64,000 nucleotides of DNA. Origin: Acutalibacteraceae bacterium (lineage in GTDB: Bacteria > Bacillota > Clostridia > Oscillospirales > Acutalibacteraceae). Every line of letters starts with the position of its first letter. The first letter of the stretch is position 1. The stretch covers positions 47,626 through 111,625 of the forward strand of contig JAZQQZ010000035.1 of NCBI GenBank assembly GCA_045629305.1. Direction: 5' to 3'. Below are positions 45,698 through 55,206 of this stretch, piece after piece. The translations under genes and the position numbers were made by a program. Under the pieces are notes generated by a model. It was given only the letters and a program-made list of their open reading frames with translations. It was not told the origin of the DNA and did not search any database.

Positions 45698-46393
45698 ATG
45701 GTTTTCGCATTGATTCTCGCTGGTGGCACTGGCTCCAGGATGGGAAATGTAGATAAGCCGAAGCAGTTCCTTATGCTCGGCGATAAACCAATAATTATTC
45801 ACTCTATCGAAAAGTATCTTTCGGTGGATGAATTTGCTCATATCACAGTCTCTACTCCTGATGAATGGATCTCATACACAGAGGAGATTATAGAACAATA
45901 TATTGGACGAAATTGCAATATATCTGTAATCCCTGGTGGCAATACTCGAAATGATTCCTTACTTAAAGCAATAAAATATATCGAAGAAAATTTTGGAATC
46001 GATGATGATACGATAATCGTGACTCACGATGCGGTGAGACCGCTCGTGACACCTGAGATTATCGAGAAGAGTATCGAGTCGGCGAAACTCTACGGTGCAA
46101 GCGACACCGTAGTACCAGCGACCGATACAATTGTCGAGTCGGAGAATGGTCAATTTATTGGTTCGATTCCGAGCCGAAGCACGCTTTACCACGGCCAGAC
46201 ACCGCAGAGTTTCAATGCAAAGAAACTCTTAAAGCTATACGCGGGGCTGACCGAAGAAGAGAAGGCCGTTCTCACAGACGGTTGTATGATTTTTACGAAA
46301 AAGGGTGAACCTGTTCATCTTGTTCTCGGGGATAAGTCTAACATAAAAATTACTTATCCATCCGACCTAAAACTTGCTGAACAGTTGCTATAG
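45698..46393 (+). CDS. IspD/TarI-family cytidylyltransferase; N-terminus is closest to ribitol-5-phosphate cytidylyltransferase TarI
   Basis: ALILAGGTGSRMGNVDKPKQFLMLGDKPIIIHSIEKYL, THDAVRP. Confidence 0.75.
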   Translation: MVFALILAGGTGSRMGNVDKPKQFLMLGDKPIIIHSIEKYLSVDEFAHITVSTPDEWISYTEEIIEQYIGRNCNISVIPGGNTRNDSLLKAIKYIEENFGIDDDTIIVTHDAVRPLVTPEIIEKSIESAKLYGASDTVVPATDTIVESENGQFIGSIPSRSTLYHGQTPQSFNAKKLLKLYAGLTEEEKAVLTDGCMIFTKKGEPVHLVLGDKSNIKITYPSDLKLAEQLL

Positions 46394-46410
46394 ATTATGG
46401 GGGCGAATTT

Positions 46411-48693
46411 ATGACTATAACATTGCAACTTTATGCAATCCTTAATTTGTTCTGTATGGCTATATTATTGCTTCTTGCAATAATGAATTCTAAGTTTCCA
46501 ACTTCGAGAAATCCACACAGAAACACATTGCTTACAACAGTATTTGTGACGGCAATGGTTTTCTTTACTTTTGATTTTGCATATGCTTTCATCGAGGGTA
46601 GAACAGATATTACTACTACGCTAAACTATTTCGTAAATGCAGGATACTTTATTATGTCAGGTTTCTGTGCATTGTCATGGTTCAACTATTCGGAGAATAA
46701 ACTCGATACAGGATTTTTCGATAGCAAAGCAGTAAGGGTTGCATTCTTAATTCCAGTTATCGCACTTGTCATTTTGTCAGTCATACCATTCTTCCTGCAC
46801 GATGGTTTGTTCTACATTGATGAGAATAATAATTACCACCGTGGCACGTTTTATTTTATTCAGCCAATTATCACATTTGGCTATATCGCAATCGCCTGCA
46901 TACGTTGCATGCTTAGTGCACGTAAAGAAAAATCGCTCCATAACAAAACAAGAGATAGAACACTTGCACTTTTCGGATTTGCACCAATCACTCTTGGAAT
47001 ACTTCAGGTACTTATTCCGAGCACTCCGCTCCTCTGCGTAGGTATCACAATATCACTCATTTATGTGTATGTACGTCTTCAAGTTGAGACATCATTCGAG
47101 CAGGAGGCTATCATTGACGGCCTTACAACTGATTATGAGTCAGTAATGCTTGTAAGTCTTACGACTGGTAAGATAACAGATTTCCGTTTGAATGCATTAT
47201 CATTGGAAGTTCAGGAAATATATGGCGACAAGAGACTTTTTACACAACGCGTTAAAGATTTCGCTGAAGTTATGCTCGCTGATGAAGATCGCCAGCGCTA
47301 TATAGACTGTATGTCGACGAACCATATAATGCGCGAGCTCTCAAAGAGACCTGAATTCCTTACAAATATTCATATTAAGGACAAAGACGGCACATCGCTT
47401 TATCAAATTAAGGTAGTTCGTTCCGTTGACTACAGAGATACACTTAATGTTATCATCGGTCTTCGTAACATCGATGAGGAGACACGTCAAGAAATTAGAC
47501 AGAGAGAACTCCTTGAGGAAGCACGTAACCGTGCGGAGTTAGCAAATGCTGCAAAGTCCTCATTCCTCTTCAACATGTCGCATGACATCCGTACTCCGAT
47601 GAATGCGATTATGGGCTTCACGGGAATGGCTCAACGCCATATTGATGATAAAGAACTTGTAACAGATTATCTCTCTAAGATTGAACTTTCATCCGGCCAC
47701 CTTCTCAGCCTTATCAACGATGTACTTGATATGGCAAGAATTGAGAGCGGAAAGGTTGAAATTGTTCCAGTTCCAGCATCTATCCACGGCTGTGGAAATG
47801 CCATCCTTACTATGGCTGGCGGTATGGCTAAAGAGAATGATGTTGAACTCACAGTGGATTATGAGAATATAATCGACGAATATATCTGGGGCGATATTCT
47901 TCACCTCGACCAGATTATGATTAATGTCGTATCCAATGCGATTAAATACACGAAGCCTGGCGGAAAAGTAAATGTTACTGTACGCCAGAAGAATTATAAC
48001 AAGCCAGGCGAGGCTGCTTATGAACTTCGCATCAAAGATACAGGAATCGGTATGACTCCAGAATTCCTAAAGCATATCTTTGATAGCTTCGAGCGTGAGC
48101 GCTCATCTACTATCAGCGGTATCGAAGGTGCTGGCCTTGGAATGTCAATCGTTAAGCGTCTCGTTGACCTTATGAACGGCTCAATTGAAATTGAGAGTGA
48201 GGTTGGCGTTGGCACAACCGTAATCATAAACTATGTCTTCAAGACACGCGACGAAAACGATGGCGAAGAAGTTCGTGATAATAGCACTTCGCCACTTGTT
48301 GTCGACCTTCGTGACAGACGCGTTCTCGTCGCTGAAGATAATGAACTCAACCGTGAGATTATCAAGGACATCTTAGAAGATGAGGGCATTATCGTTGAGA
48401 TGGTTCGAGATGGACTCGAAGCGGTTGATAAGATCAAGCATTCACAACCAGGAGACTTTGATTTTGTTCTTATGGATATTCAGATGCCTAACCTTGATGG
48501 TTATGAGGCAACCCGACTTATCCGTTCACTTGAATGCGAGCCACTTGCAAGGATTCCAATCATTGCAATGACGGCAAACGCATTCGAAGAGGATAAGCAG
48601 AAAGCGCTCTCTGTCGGAATGAATGCGCATCTCGCGAAACCTGTCAACATTGGAAAACTTATTAGTACTATTACTGAGTTTATTAGAAAATAA
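46411..48693 (+). CDS. Hybrid sensor histidine kinase / response regulator with a multi-TM N-terminal sensor
   Basis: About 7 hydrophobic segments, a PAS-like linker, H-box SHDIRTPMNAI, N/G boxes (VVSNAIKYT, DTGIGM, GAGLGMSI), and a C-terminal receiver (VLVAEDNELN...FVLMDIQMP...HLAKP). Confidence 0.85.
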   Translation: MTITLQLYAILNLFCMAILLLLAIMNSKFPTSRNPHRNTLLTTVFVTAMVFFTFDFAYAFIEGRTDITTTLNYFVNAGYFIMSGFCALSWFNYSENKLDTGFFDSKAVRVAFLIPVIALVILSVIPFFLHDGLFYIDENNNYHRGTFYFIQPIITFGYIAIACIRCMLSARKEKSLHNKTRDRTLALFGFAPITLGILQVLIPSTPLLCVGITISLIYVYVRLQVETSFEQEAIIDGLTTDYESVMLVSLTTGKITDFRLNALSLEVQEIYGDKRLFTQRVKDFAEVMLADEDRQRYIDCMSTNHIMRELSKRPEFLTNIHIKDKDGTSLYQIKVVRSVDYRDTLNVIIGLRNIDEETRQEIRQRELLEEARNRAELANAAKSSFLFNMSHDIRTPMNAIMGFTGMAQRHIDDKELVTDYLSKIELSSGHLLSLINDVLDMARIESGKVEIVPVPASIHGCGNAILTMAGGMAKENDVELTVDYENIIDEYIWGDILHLDQIMINVVSNAIKYTKPGGKVNVTVRQKNYNKPGEAAYELRIKDTGIGMTPEFLKHIFDSFERERSSTISGIEGAGLGMSIVKRLVDLMNGSIEIESEVGVGTTVIINYVFKTRDENDGEEVRDNSTSPLVVDLRDRRVLVAEDNELNREIIKDILEDEGIIVEMVRDGLEAVDKIKHSQPGDFDFVLMDIQMPNLDGYEATRLIRSLECEPLARIPIIAMTANAFEEDKQKALSVGMNAHLAKPVNIGKLISTITEFIRK

Positions 48694-48697
48694 AGTG

Positions 48698-48725
48698 TTG
48701 ACACTATATAATTATTAGTTATAAT
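48698..48725 (+). promoter_or_regulatory. Sigma-A promoter (TTGACA-16-TATAAT)
   Basis: TTGACA at 48698-48703, TATAAT at 48720-48725. Confidence 0.55.
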
Positions 48726-48740
48726 TTAATATACTATTTC

Positions 48741-48771
48741 GTCCCAGGGGCGTGGTGGCGTCTCCTGGGAC
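48741..48771 (+). promoter_or_regulatory. GC-rich 10-bp stem-loop in the 5' UTR of the fusion gene
   Basis: GTCCCAGGGG (48741-48750) pairs with CTCCTGGGAC (48762-48771) with one G-U pair. The 11-nt loop is CGTGGTGGCGT. No T-run follows. Confidence 0.4.
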
Positions 48772-48796
48772 CTTGTTATCAAAAGAGGTAAGTATA

Positions 48797-51091
48797 ATGG
48801 CAGAAATTTCAGGGCTTGATCAGACGATCAATGAAGTAGCGCAACGTATCCGTGAGTTGCGTGAAATCTTGGGCCTCACAACAGCATTTATGGCCGAACA
48901 GACCGGCGTTGATGAGGAGGAATATATCGCTTGCGAAAGTGGCAAGCGTGACTTAAACTTTGCATTTCTTTACAGATGTGCTCAGTCATTTGGCGTCGAT
49001 GTCACCGATATTATTGAAGGTGCATCACCTACTCTTGCCAAACTTGTCTTCACTAAGAAAGGCGAGGGACAGAAGATTGAAAAAGCTCACGGCATGACAT
49101 ATTACAATCTTGCCGCAAGCTTCAGAAATAGAATTTCTGAGCCACTTTATGTAGAGGCAACATATACAGAGGAAGCACAGAACAAACCAATTGAGCTCAC
49201 TACCCACAAGGGACAGGAGCTCGATATTGTCGTATCTGGCGCTCTTAAAGTTCAAGTTGGCGAGCATGTAGAGATTCTCCATGCCGGCGACTCACTTTAC
49301 TATGATTCTTCGACACCTCACGGAATGATTGCTGTTGAGAATCAAGATTGCGAATTCTATGCTATCGTACTTAACCCATCTGGTGAACCAATTCCAGAAC
49401 TTCACGCAGCAGCAACTGAGCGTGGCGAGCAGCCACGTCGTCTTGGTGCCGAGCAGACAACTCGTGTATACAAGAAGTGGGTATCTGTTGAGAAGGACGA
49501 GAACCGTACACCAGTTAAGGTTGACTTCAAGAACCCTGAACAATTTAATTTCGCTTTCGATGTTGTTGATGAGCTCGCTCGCACCAAACCGAACAAGCTC
49601 GCCATGCTTCACCTCGATGTAAATAAAACTGAGAGACGTTTCACATTCAAAGACATGATGGAACTCTCCAATAAGGCTGCAAACTATTTCACAGCTCTTG
49701 GTATCAAGCGCTATGATAAAGTAATGCTTGTACTTAAGCGCCATTATCAATTCTGGCCAGCAATGCTTGCCCTTCATAAGATTGGCGCTATTGCAATTCC
49801 AGCGACGAATCAGCTCAAAGTACACGACTTTGAGTACAGATTCAACGCTGCAGATGTCAAAGCAATTATATGTACTGCAGATGGCGATGTTGCCGATCAG
49901 GTAGATGAGGCTGCGAAGACATCTCCATCACTTGAACTTAAACTTATTGTCAACGGCACACGTGACGGCTGGCACTCATTTGACGACGAGTGGCAACTCT
50001 ATAGCAATGAATATGAGCGCACCAAGGACTCACCTAAGGGTGACGACCCTATGCTCATGTTCTTCACATCAGGTACATCTGGATACCCTAAGATGGCACT
50101 TCATAACCACAAGTATCCTCTTGGACATTTCATCACGGCAAAGTATTGGCACTGTGTTGACCCTGATGGACTTCATCTTACAATTTCTGATACCGGTTGG
50201 GCGAAAGCCCTCTGGGGCAAGCTCTACGGTCAGTGGTTCTGCGAGGCAGCTACATTCGTTTATGACTTCACTCGCTTTGATGCATCTGACATTTTGCCTC
50301 TCTTCGCCGATTATCACATCACCACATTCTGCGCACCACCTACGATGTATAGAATGATGATAAAAGAGGACCTCACAAAGTACGATTTAAGCTCTGTTGA
50401 GCATGCAACAATCGCCGGTGAGGCACTTAACCCTGAGGTATTCAACCAGCTCAAGAAACTCACAGGTCTCAGCATCATGGAGGGCTTCGGCCAGTCAGAG
50501 GGTACACTTATGATTGGTAACCTTGTCGGTGCACCTCATAAGGTTGGTTCAATGGGTAAGCCTATTCCAATCTATGATGTTCATCTTCTTGATGCCGACG
50601 GTAATGACGTAGAGCCAGGTGAACCTGGCGAAATCTGCGTTAACGTCGCAGATGGCGCACCATGCGGACTCTTTATGTGCTACTATCGTGGACCAGATAA
50701 ATCCGCAGAAGTATGGCATGACGGCTACTATCATACAGGTGATATGGCTTGGAAAGATGAGGACGGATTCTTCTGGTACATCGGTCGTGCAGATGACGTT
50801 ATCAAGTCATCTGGTTATCGTATTGGACCATTTGAGATTGAAAACGTTATCATGGAACTTCCTTACGTACTTGAGTGCGGTGTGTCCGCAGCTCCTGATG
50901 AGGTACGTGGTCAGGTAGTTAAGGCATCTATCGTCCTTGTAAAGGGAACAGAGCCATCTGACGAACTCAAGGTTGCAATTCAGCAGTATGTTAAGCAGAA
51001 GACTGCTCCATATAAATATCCTCGTATTGTCGAATTCAAGGATGAACTTCCGAAGACAGTATCTGGAAAGATTATTAGAGCGAAACTTTAA
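48797..51091 (+). CDS. Fusion protein: XRE-type HTH + cupin domain + AMP-forming (medium-chain type) acyl-CoA synthetase
   Basis: One uninterrupted ORF. HTH: VAQRIRELREILGLTTAFMAEQTGVDEEEYIACESGKRDL. Cupin: GQELDIVVSGALKVQVGEHVEILHAGDSLYYDSSTPHG. Adenylation motifs: FFTSGTSGYPK, YHTGD, GRADDVIKSSGYRIGPFEIE, PKTVSGKIIR. Confidence 0.8.
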   Translation: MAEISGLDQTINEVAQRIRELREILGLTTAFMAEQTGVDEEEYIACESGKRDLNFAFLYRCAQSFGVDVTDIIEGASPTLAKLVFTKKGEGQKIEKAHGMTYYNLAASFRNRISEPLYVEATYTEEAQNKPIELTTHKGQELDIVVSGALKVQVGEHVEILHAGDSLYYDSSTPHGMIAVENQDCEFYAIVLNPSGEPIPELHAAATERGEQPRRLGAEQTTRVYKKWVSVEKDENRTPVKVDFKNPEQFNFAFDVVDELARTKPNKLAMLHLDVNKTERRFTFKDMMELSNKAANYFTALGIKRYDKVMLVLKRHYQFWPAMLALHKIGAIAIPATNQLKVHDFEYRFNAADVKAIICTADGDVADQVDEAAKTSPSLELKLIVNGTRDGWHSFDDEWQLYSNEYERTKDSPKGDDPMLMFFTSGTSGYPKMALHNHKYPLGHFITAKYWHCVDPDGLHLTISDTGWAKALWGKLYGQWFCEAATFVYDFTRFDASDILPLFADYHITTFCAPPTMYRMMIKEDLTKYDLSSVEHATIAGEALNPEVFNQLKKLTGLSIMEGFGQSEGTLMIGNLVGAPHKVGSMGKPIPIYDVHLLDADGNDVEPGEPGEICVNVADGAPCGLFMCYYRGPDKSAEVWHDGYYHTGDMAWKDEDGFFWYIGRADDVIKSSGYRIGPFEIENVIMELPYVLECGVSAAPDEVRGQVVKASIVLVKGTEPSDELKVAIQQYVKQKTAPYKYPRIVEFKDELPKTVSGKIIRAKL

Positions 51092-51102
51092 GGAGAACGC
51101 CT

Positions 51103-52428
51103 ATGCAGAAAGTCGGCATGATTTCACTTGGTTGTCCTAAGAACCAGGTGGATGCAGAACTTATGCTTGCGAAAATTGAAGAGGCAGGTTACGAAATCTC
51201 CGGTGAGATTTCGGGATGTGACGCAGTCATAATTAACACCTGCGGCTTCATCGATGACGCGAAGCGTGAGGCAATTGATAATATTCTTGAGATGGCCGAC
51301 TACAAAGAGGAAGGCGAGATAAAGAAGATTATCGTAACCGGTTGCCTCGCTGAGCGTTATAAAGGAGAAATACTCGAGGATATGCCTGAGGTCGATGCCG
51401 TAGTTGGCCTTGGCAACAATGGCAATATCGTCGATATTTTAAAGCAGACTCTTGAGTCTGATACACCAGTTATTGCAATTGGTGAAAAGGAGGACCTGCC
51501 ACTTTGTGGTCAGCGTCTTCTCACCACACCAGAATATTGGGGATATCTTAAAATTGCTGACGGATGCTCTAACAATTGCACGTATTGTGCAATTCCAGAT
51601 ATCCGTGGCAAGCAGAGAAGCCGCAAGATCGAAGAGTGTGTGGAAGAGGCCAGGGCTCTCGCAGAGAGCGGTATTAAAGAGCTTATCGTTATCGCTCAGG
51701 ATACCACTCGCTACGGAGAGGACCTCTATGGCGAGCCGAAACTCGCTGAGCTCCTTCGCGAGCTCTGTAAAATCGACAAGCTCCAGTGGATAAGAATTCT
51801 TTATTGTTATCCTGATCGTCTAAACGATGAGCTTATCGATACAATTGCAAGTGAAGATAAGATATGCAAATATATCGATCTTCCACTTCAGCACTGTAAC
51901 GGCGATATTCTTCGCAGAATGAATCGCCGTGGAGATAGGGAATCGCTCACAGCGCTTATTGCTAAAATTAGAGAGAAGATCCCGGGTGTCTGCATCCGTA
52001 CAACTCTCATCACCGGATTCCCAGGTGAGACAGATGAACAGTTTGAAGAACTCGCAGAGTTCATCAAAGATATAAAGTTCGATTGTCTCGGTTGCTTCGC
52101 TTACTCTCCGGAGGAGGGTACACCGGCAGCGAAATTTGAAGACCAAGTTGACGATGACATAAAAGTTCACCGCGGTGAACTTATCATGGATGCCCAGTAT
52201 GGTATCGTCTTGGAGAACAACAAGAAATTTGTCGGAGAGAAACTTCTTACAATTGTCGATGGATATGACCCATATTCAGATGTCTATGAGGGCCGCACAT
52301 ACCGTGATGCCCCAGAGATTGATGCTAAGGTCAACTTTATCTGTGAGAAGTCGCTCCAGCCAGGAGACTTCATTGAAGTTCTCGTGACTGATATCAACGA
52401 ATATGATTTAATAGGTGAGACAAAATGA
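51103..52428 (+). CDS. rimO: Ribosomal protein S12 methylthiotransferase RimO
   Basis: SLGCPKNQVD, radical-SAM CSNNCTYC, C-terminal TRAM-like region. Confidence 0.88.
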   Translation: MQKVGMISLGCPKNQVDAELMLAKIEEAGYEISGEISGCDAVIINTCGFIDDAKREAIDNILEMADYKEEGEIKKIIVTGCLAERYKGEILEDMPEVDAVVGLGNNGNIVDILKQTLESDTPVIAIGEKEDLPLCGQRLLTTPEYWGYLKIADGCSNNCTYCAIPDIRGKQRSRKIEECVEEARALAESGIKELIVIAQDTTRYGEDLYGEPKLAELLRELCKIDKLQWIRILYCYPDRLNDELIDTIASEDKICKYIDLPLQHCNGDILRRMNRRGDRESLTALIAKIREKIPGVCIRTTLITGFPGETDEQFEELAEFIKDIKFDCLGCFAYSPEEGTPAAKFEDQVDDDIKVHRGELIMDAQYGIVLENNKKFVGEKLLTIVDGYDPYSDVYEGRTYRDAPEIDAKVNFICEKSLQPGDFIEVLVTDINEYDLIGETK

Positions 52429-52994
52429 ATACACCCAACAAATTGACACTTACAAGAATGATAATCACGCCAATTTTCTTGGCTGTGTTCCTTATCGAAG
52501 CAATCCCATATCACTACGCCATTGCTATGCTTCTTTTCATAATCGGAAGTCTTACGGATCTCTTTGATGGAAAGATTGCAAGGGCACGTGGAATTGTAAC
52601 TAACTTTGGCAAGCTTGCAGACCCACTTGCTGATAAGATGCTCACAACATCTGCACTCCTTGGTTTTATGGCCATCGGATATTGTAATGTCTGGGTTATC
52701 TTCATCATTCTCTTTAGAGAGTTCGCAATAAGTTCTATGAGACTTATTGCTGCAGCAGACGGTCTTGTAATCCCTGCAAATATGTGGGGTAAGGTAAAGA
52801 CAACTATTCAGATGGTTGCCTCTATAGCTACAATGCTTGGTCTCACACTTATCTTTGAATTTAAATTCCTCCCAGAGACATTCCCACTTGCAATTATTGC
52901 ATCTGTTCTTTTCTGGCTTATGGCTGCAGCAACAGCCATCTCCGGAATTGTCTATGTAATTCAGGGAGCAAAGGTTATTGATTTTTCAAAATAA
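52425..52994 (+). CDS. pgsA: CDP-diacylglycerol--glycerol-3-phosphate 3-phosphatidyltransferase
   Basis: CDP-alcohol phosphatidyltransferase motif DLFDGKIARARGIVTNFGKLADPLADK. Confidence 0.9.
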   Translation: MNTPNKLTLTRMIITPIFLAVFLIEAIPYHYAIAMLLFIIGSLTDLFDGKIARARGIVTNFGKLADPLADKMLTTSALLGFMAIGYCNVWVIFIILFREFAISSMRLIAAADGLVIPANMWGKVKTTIQMVASIATMLGLTLIFEFKFLPETFPLAIIASVLFWLMAAATAISGIVYVIQGAKVIDFSK

Positions 52995-53006
52995 TTTGGA
53001 GAAATT

Positions 53007-53633
53007 ATGAAAATTCTTGAGTATTGCAAAGAGGATATAGAGTGCTTTAAGAAGCGCGACCCTGCTGCTCGCAGCACGATAGAGGTACTTCTTCTCTATC
53101 CTGGTCTCCATGCAATCTGGCTTTACAGAATTGCACACTTCTGTCAGACTCGCCACCTCTATTTTATAGCTCGTGCCATCTCACAATATGCTGCGAGAAC
53201 TACTGGTATTGAGATACATCCTGGTGCGACCATCGGTCGTCGCTTCTTTATTGACCACGGTCATGGCATAGTAATCGGTGAGACAACTGAGATAGGTGAC
53301 GATGTCATTCTGTATCAGGGCGTAACACTCGGTGGTACTGGTAAGGATAAAGGTAAGCGTCACCCTACAATCGGCAACAACGTTATGATTGGTTCCGGTG
53401 CCAAGGTGCTTGGCCCATTTAAGGTTGGCGACAACTGTAACATAGCATCGGGCGCAGTTGTGCTCGAGGAGATACCAGACAACTGCACAGCAGTTGGCGT
53501 TCCAGCACAGGTGGTGCGCCGCGATGGCGTACGTGTCGACAACCTCGACCAGATTCATGTACCAGATCCTGTTAAGAATGAAATTAGTGCGCTTAGAGCA
53601 GAGATAGAAGAGCTCAAAGCGCAACTTAAATAA
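53007..53633 (+). CDS. cysE: Serine O-acetyltransferase
   Basis: Hexapeptide repeats [41 protein letters not shown]. Confidence 0.9.
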   Translation: MKILEYCKEDIECFKKRDPAARSTIEVLLLYPGLHAIWLYRIAHFCQTRHLYFIARAISQYAARTTGIEIHPGATIGRRFFIDHGHGIVIGETTEIGDDVILYQGVTLGGTGKDKGKRHPTIGNNVMIGSGAKVLGPFKVGDNCNIASGAVVLEEIPDNCTAVGVPAQVVRRDGVRVDNLDQIHVPDPVKNEISALRAEIEELKAQLK

Positions 53634-53644
53634 AGGAAGAAAAA

Positions 53645-55042
53645 ATGAAAGTCTATTCAACACTTACAAGAAGCAAAGAGGAACTTGAACCAATTACTCC
53701 TGGCGAGTATAAAATCTATGCATGTGGACCTACAGTTTATAACTATATCCACATCGGTAATGCTCGTCCTCTTTGTGTATTTGATGTACTTCGTCGCTAT
53801 CTTGAGTACAGAGGCAACAAGGTGACATTCGTTCAGAATTTTACTGACATTGATGACAAAATTATCAAGAAAGCCAACGAAGAGGGCACAGATTATCTCA
53901 CAGTTGCCAAGAAATATATTGAGGAATATTGGACAGATGCCAAGGGCCTTGGCATACGTGAGGCCACTATTCATCCAAAGGCAACTGAGAATATTGATGA
54001 GATTATCAATATCATAAGCACCCTCATTGATAAGGGACATGCCTACGCAGTAGAGAATGGCGATGTATATTTCGCAACTAAGACATTCGATGAGTACGGT
54101 AAGCTCTCACACCAGCCTCTTGAGGACCTTGAAGCTGGTGCTCGTATCAATATCGGTGAGCTAAAGCGTGACCCTATGGATTTCGCACTTTGGAAAGGTG
54201 CGAAGCCAGGCGAGCCATATTGGGAGTCACCTTGGGGCAATGGCCGTCCAGGCTGGCACATCGAGTGCTCTGCTATGAACCGTCGTTTCCTCGGTGAGAC
54301 AATTGATATTCACTGTGGTGGACAGGACCTTATTTTCCCTCACCACGAGAACGAGATTGCCCAGTCTGAGTGTTGCAATGGTGTACCATTTGCAAACTAT
54401 TGGATGCATAATGGATATATAAATGTAGATAACGTTAAGATGTCAAAGTCACTCGGTAACTTCTTCACAGTACGTGACGTCGCTGAGAAGTATGGATACG
54501 AGCCAATCCGTTATCTCATGATCTCCTCACATTACAGGAGCCCAATCAACTACAGTGTTGATATTATTGAGCAGTGCAAAGCAGCTCTCGCTCGTCTCTA
54601 TACTTGCCGCGACGCACTTGATTTCGCAGCCGAGAAGGCTGAAGAGGCCACAGGCGCCGCTGACTTCGAGCTTAAGAAAAAGCTCGACGCTCATCGTACG
54701 GCTTTCATAGAGGCCATGGACGATGATCTCAATACAGCTGACGCCCTTGCTGCTGTATATGACCTTGTACGTGATATCAATATCATTCTCAAGGAGAATC
54801 CATCAGCAGAAGTAATTGAGTATGCTACAGAGGAGTTTGATGAGCTCACAGGCGTACTCGGCCTTGTATACAATCGTCAGGAGAAGACTCTCGACCTCGA
54901 CGTTGAGAAACTCATCGAGGAGCGCAACAACGCCAGAAAGAATAAGGATTTCGCTCTTGCAGATAAAATCCGTGATGATCTTAAGGCACAGGGAATTATC
55001 CTTGAGGATACTCCACAGGGTGTAAAGTGGCATAAAGCTTAA
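53645..55042 (+). CDS. cysS: Cysteine--tRNA ligase
   Basis: Class I HIGN (YNYIHIGNARP) and KMSKS motifs. Confidence 0.95.
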   Translation: MKVYSTLTRSKEELEPITPGEYKIYACGPTVYNYIHIGNARPLCVFDVLRRYLEYRGNKVTFVQNFTDIDDKIIKKANEEGTDYLTVAKKYIEEYWTDAKGLGIREATIHPKATENIDEIINIISTLIDKGHAYAVENGDVYFATKTFDEYGKLSHQPLEDLEAGARINIGELKRDPMDFALWKGAKPGEPYWESPWGNGRPGWHIECSAMNRRFLGETIDIHCGGQDLIFPHHENEIAQSECCNGVPFANYWMHNGYINVDNVKMSKSLGNFFTVRDVAEKYGYEPIRYLMISSHYRSPINYSVDIIEQCKAALARLYTCRDALDFAAEKAEEATGAADFELKKKLDAHRTAFIEAMDDDLNTADALAAVYDLVRDINIILKENPSAEVIEYATEEFDELTGVLGLVYNRQEKTLDLDVEKLIEERNNARKNKDFALADKIRDDLKAQGIILEDTPQGVKWHKA

Positions 55043-55065
55043 AATTTAAGAACGAGAAAATAAGA

Positions 55066-55109
55066 GAAAAAGCGAGAATTCGTGAGAATACACGAGTTCT
55101 CGCTTTTTA
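55066..55109 (+). terminator. Intrinsic terminator after cysS
   Basis: 14-bp stem AGCGAGAATTCGTG / CACGAGTTCTCGCT, then a T-run. Confidence 0.85.
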
Positions 55110-55133
55110 AATTAAAAAATCAATAAAAAGTTG

Positions 55134-55162
55134 TTGACGGAAGTCCTCCCTAGTGTTATTAT
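55134..55162 (+). promoter_or_regulatory. Sigma-A promoter of rplM-rpsI (TTGACG-17-TATTAT with an extended TG)
   Basis: TTGACG at 55134-55139, TG at 55154-55155, TATTAT at 55157-55162. Confidence 0.6.
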
Positions 55163-55206
55163 AGTCAAGCATTTTAGATATCATTTATATTTATGGAGGG
55201 ACTTAT

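Noticed and set aside
55163-55206. An L13 ribosomal-protein leader upstream of rplM
   Set aside because: Only about 35-40 nt lie between the predicted start site and the ATG, and no stable helix is visible. That is too short for the known leader structure.
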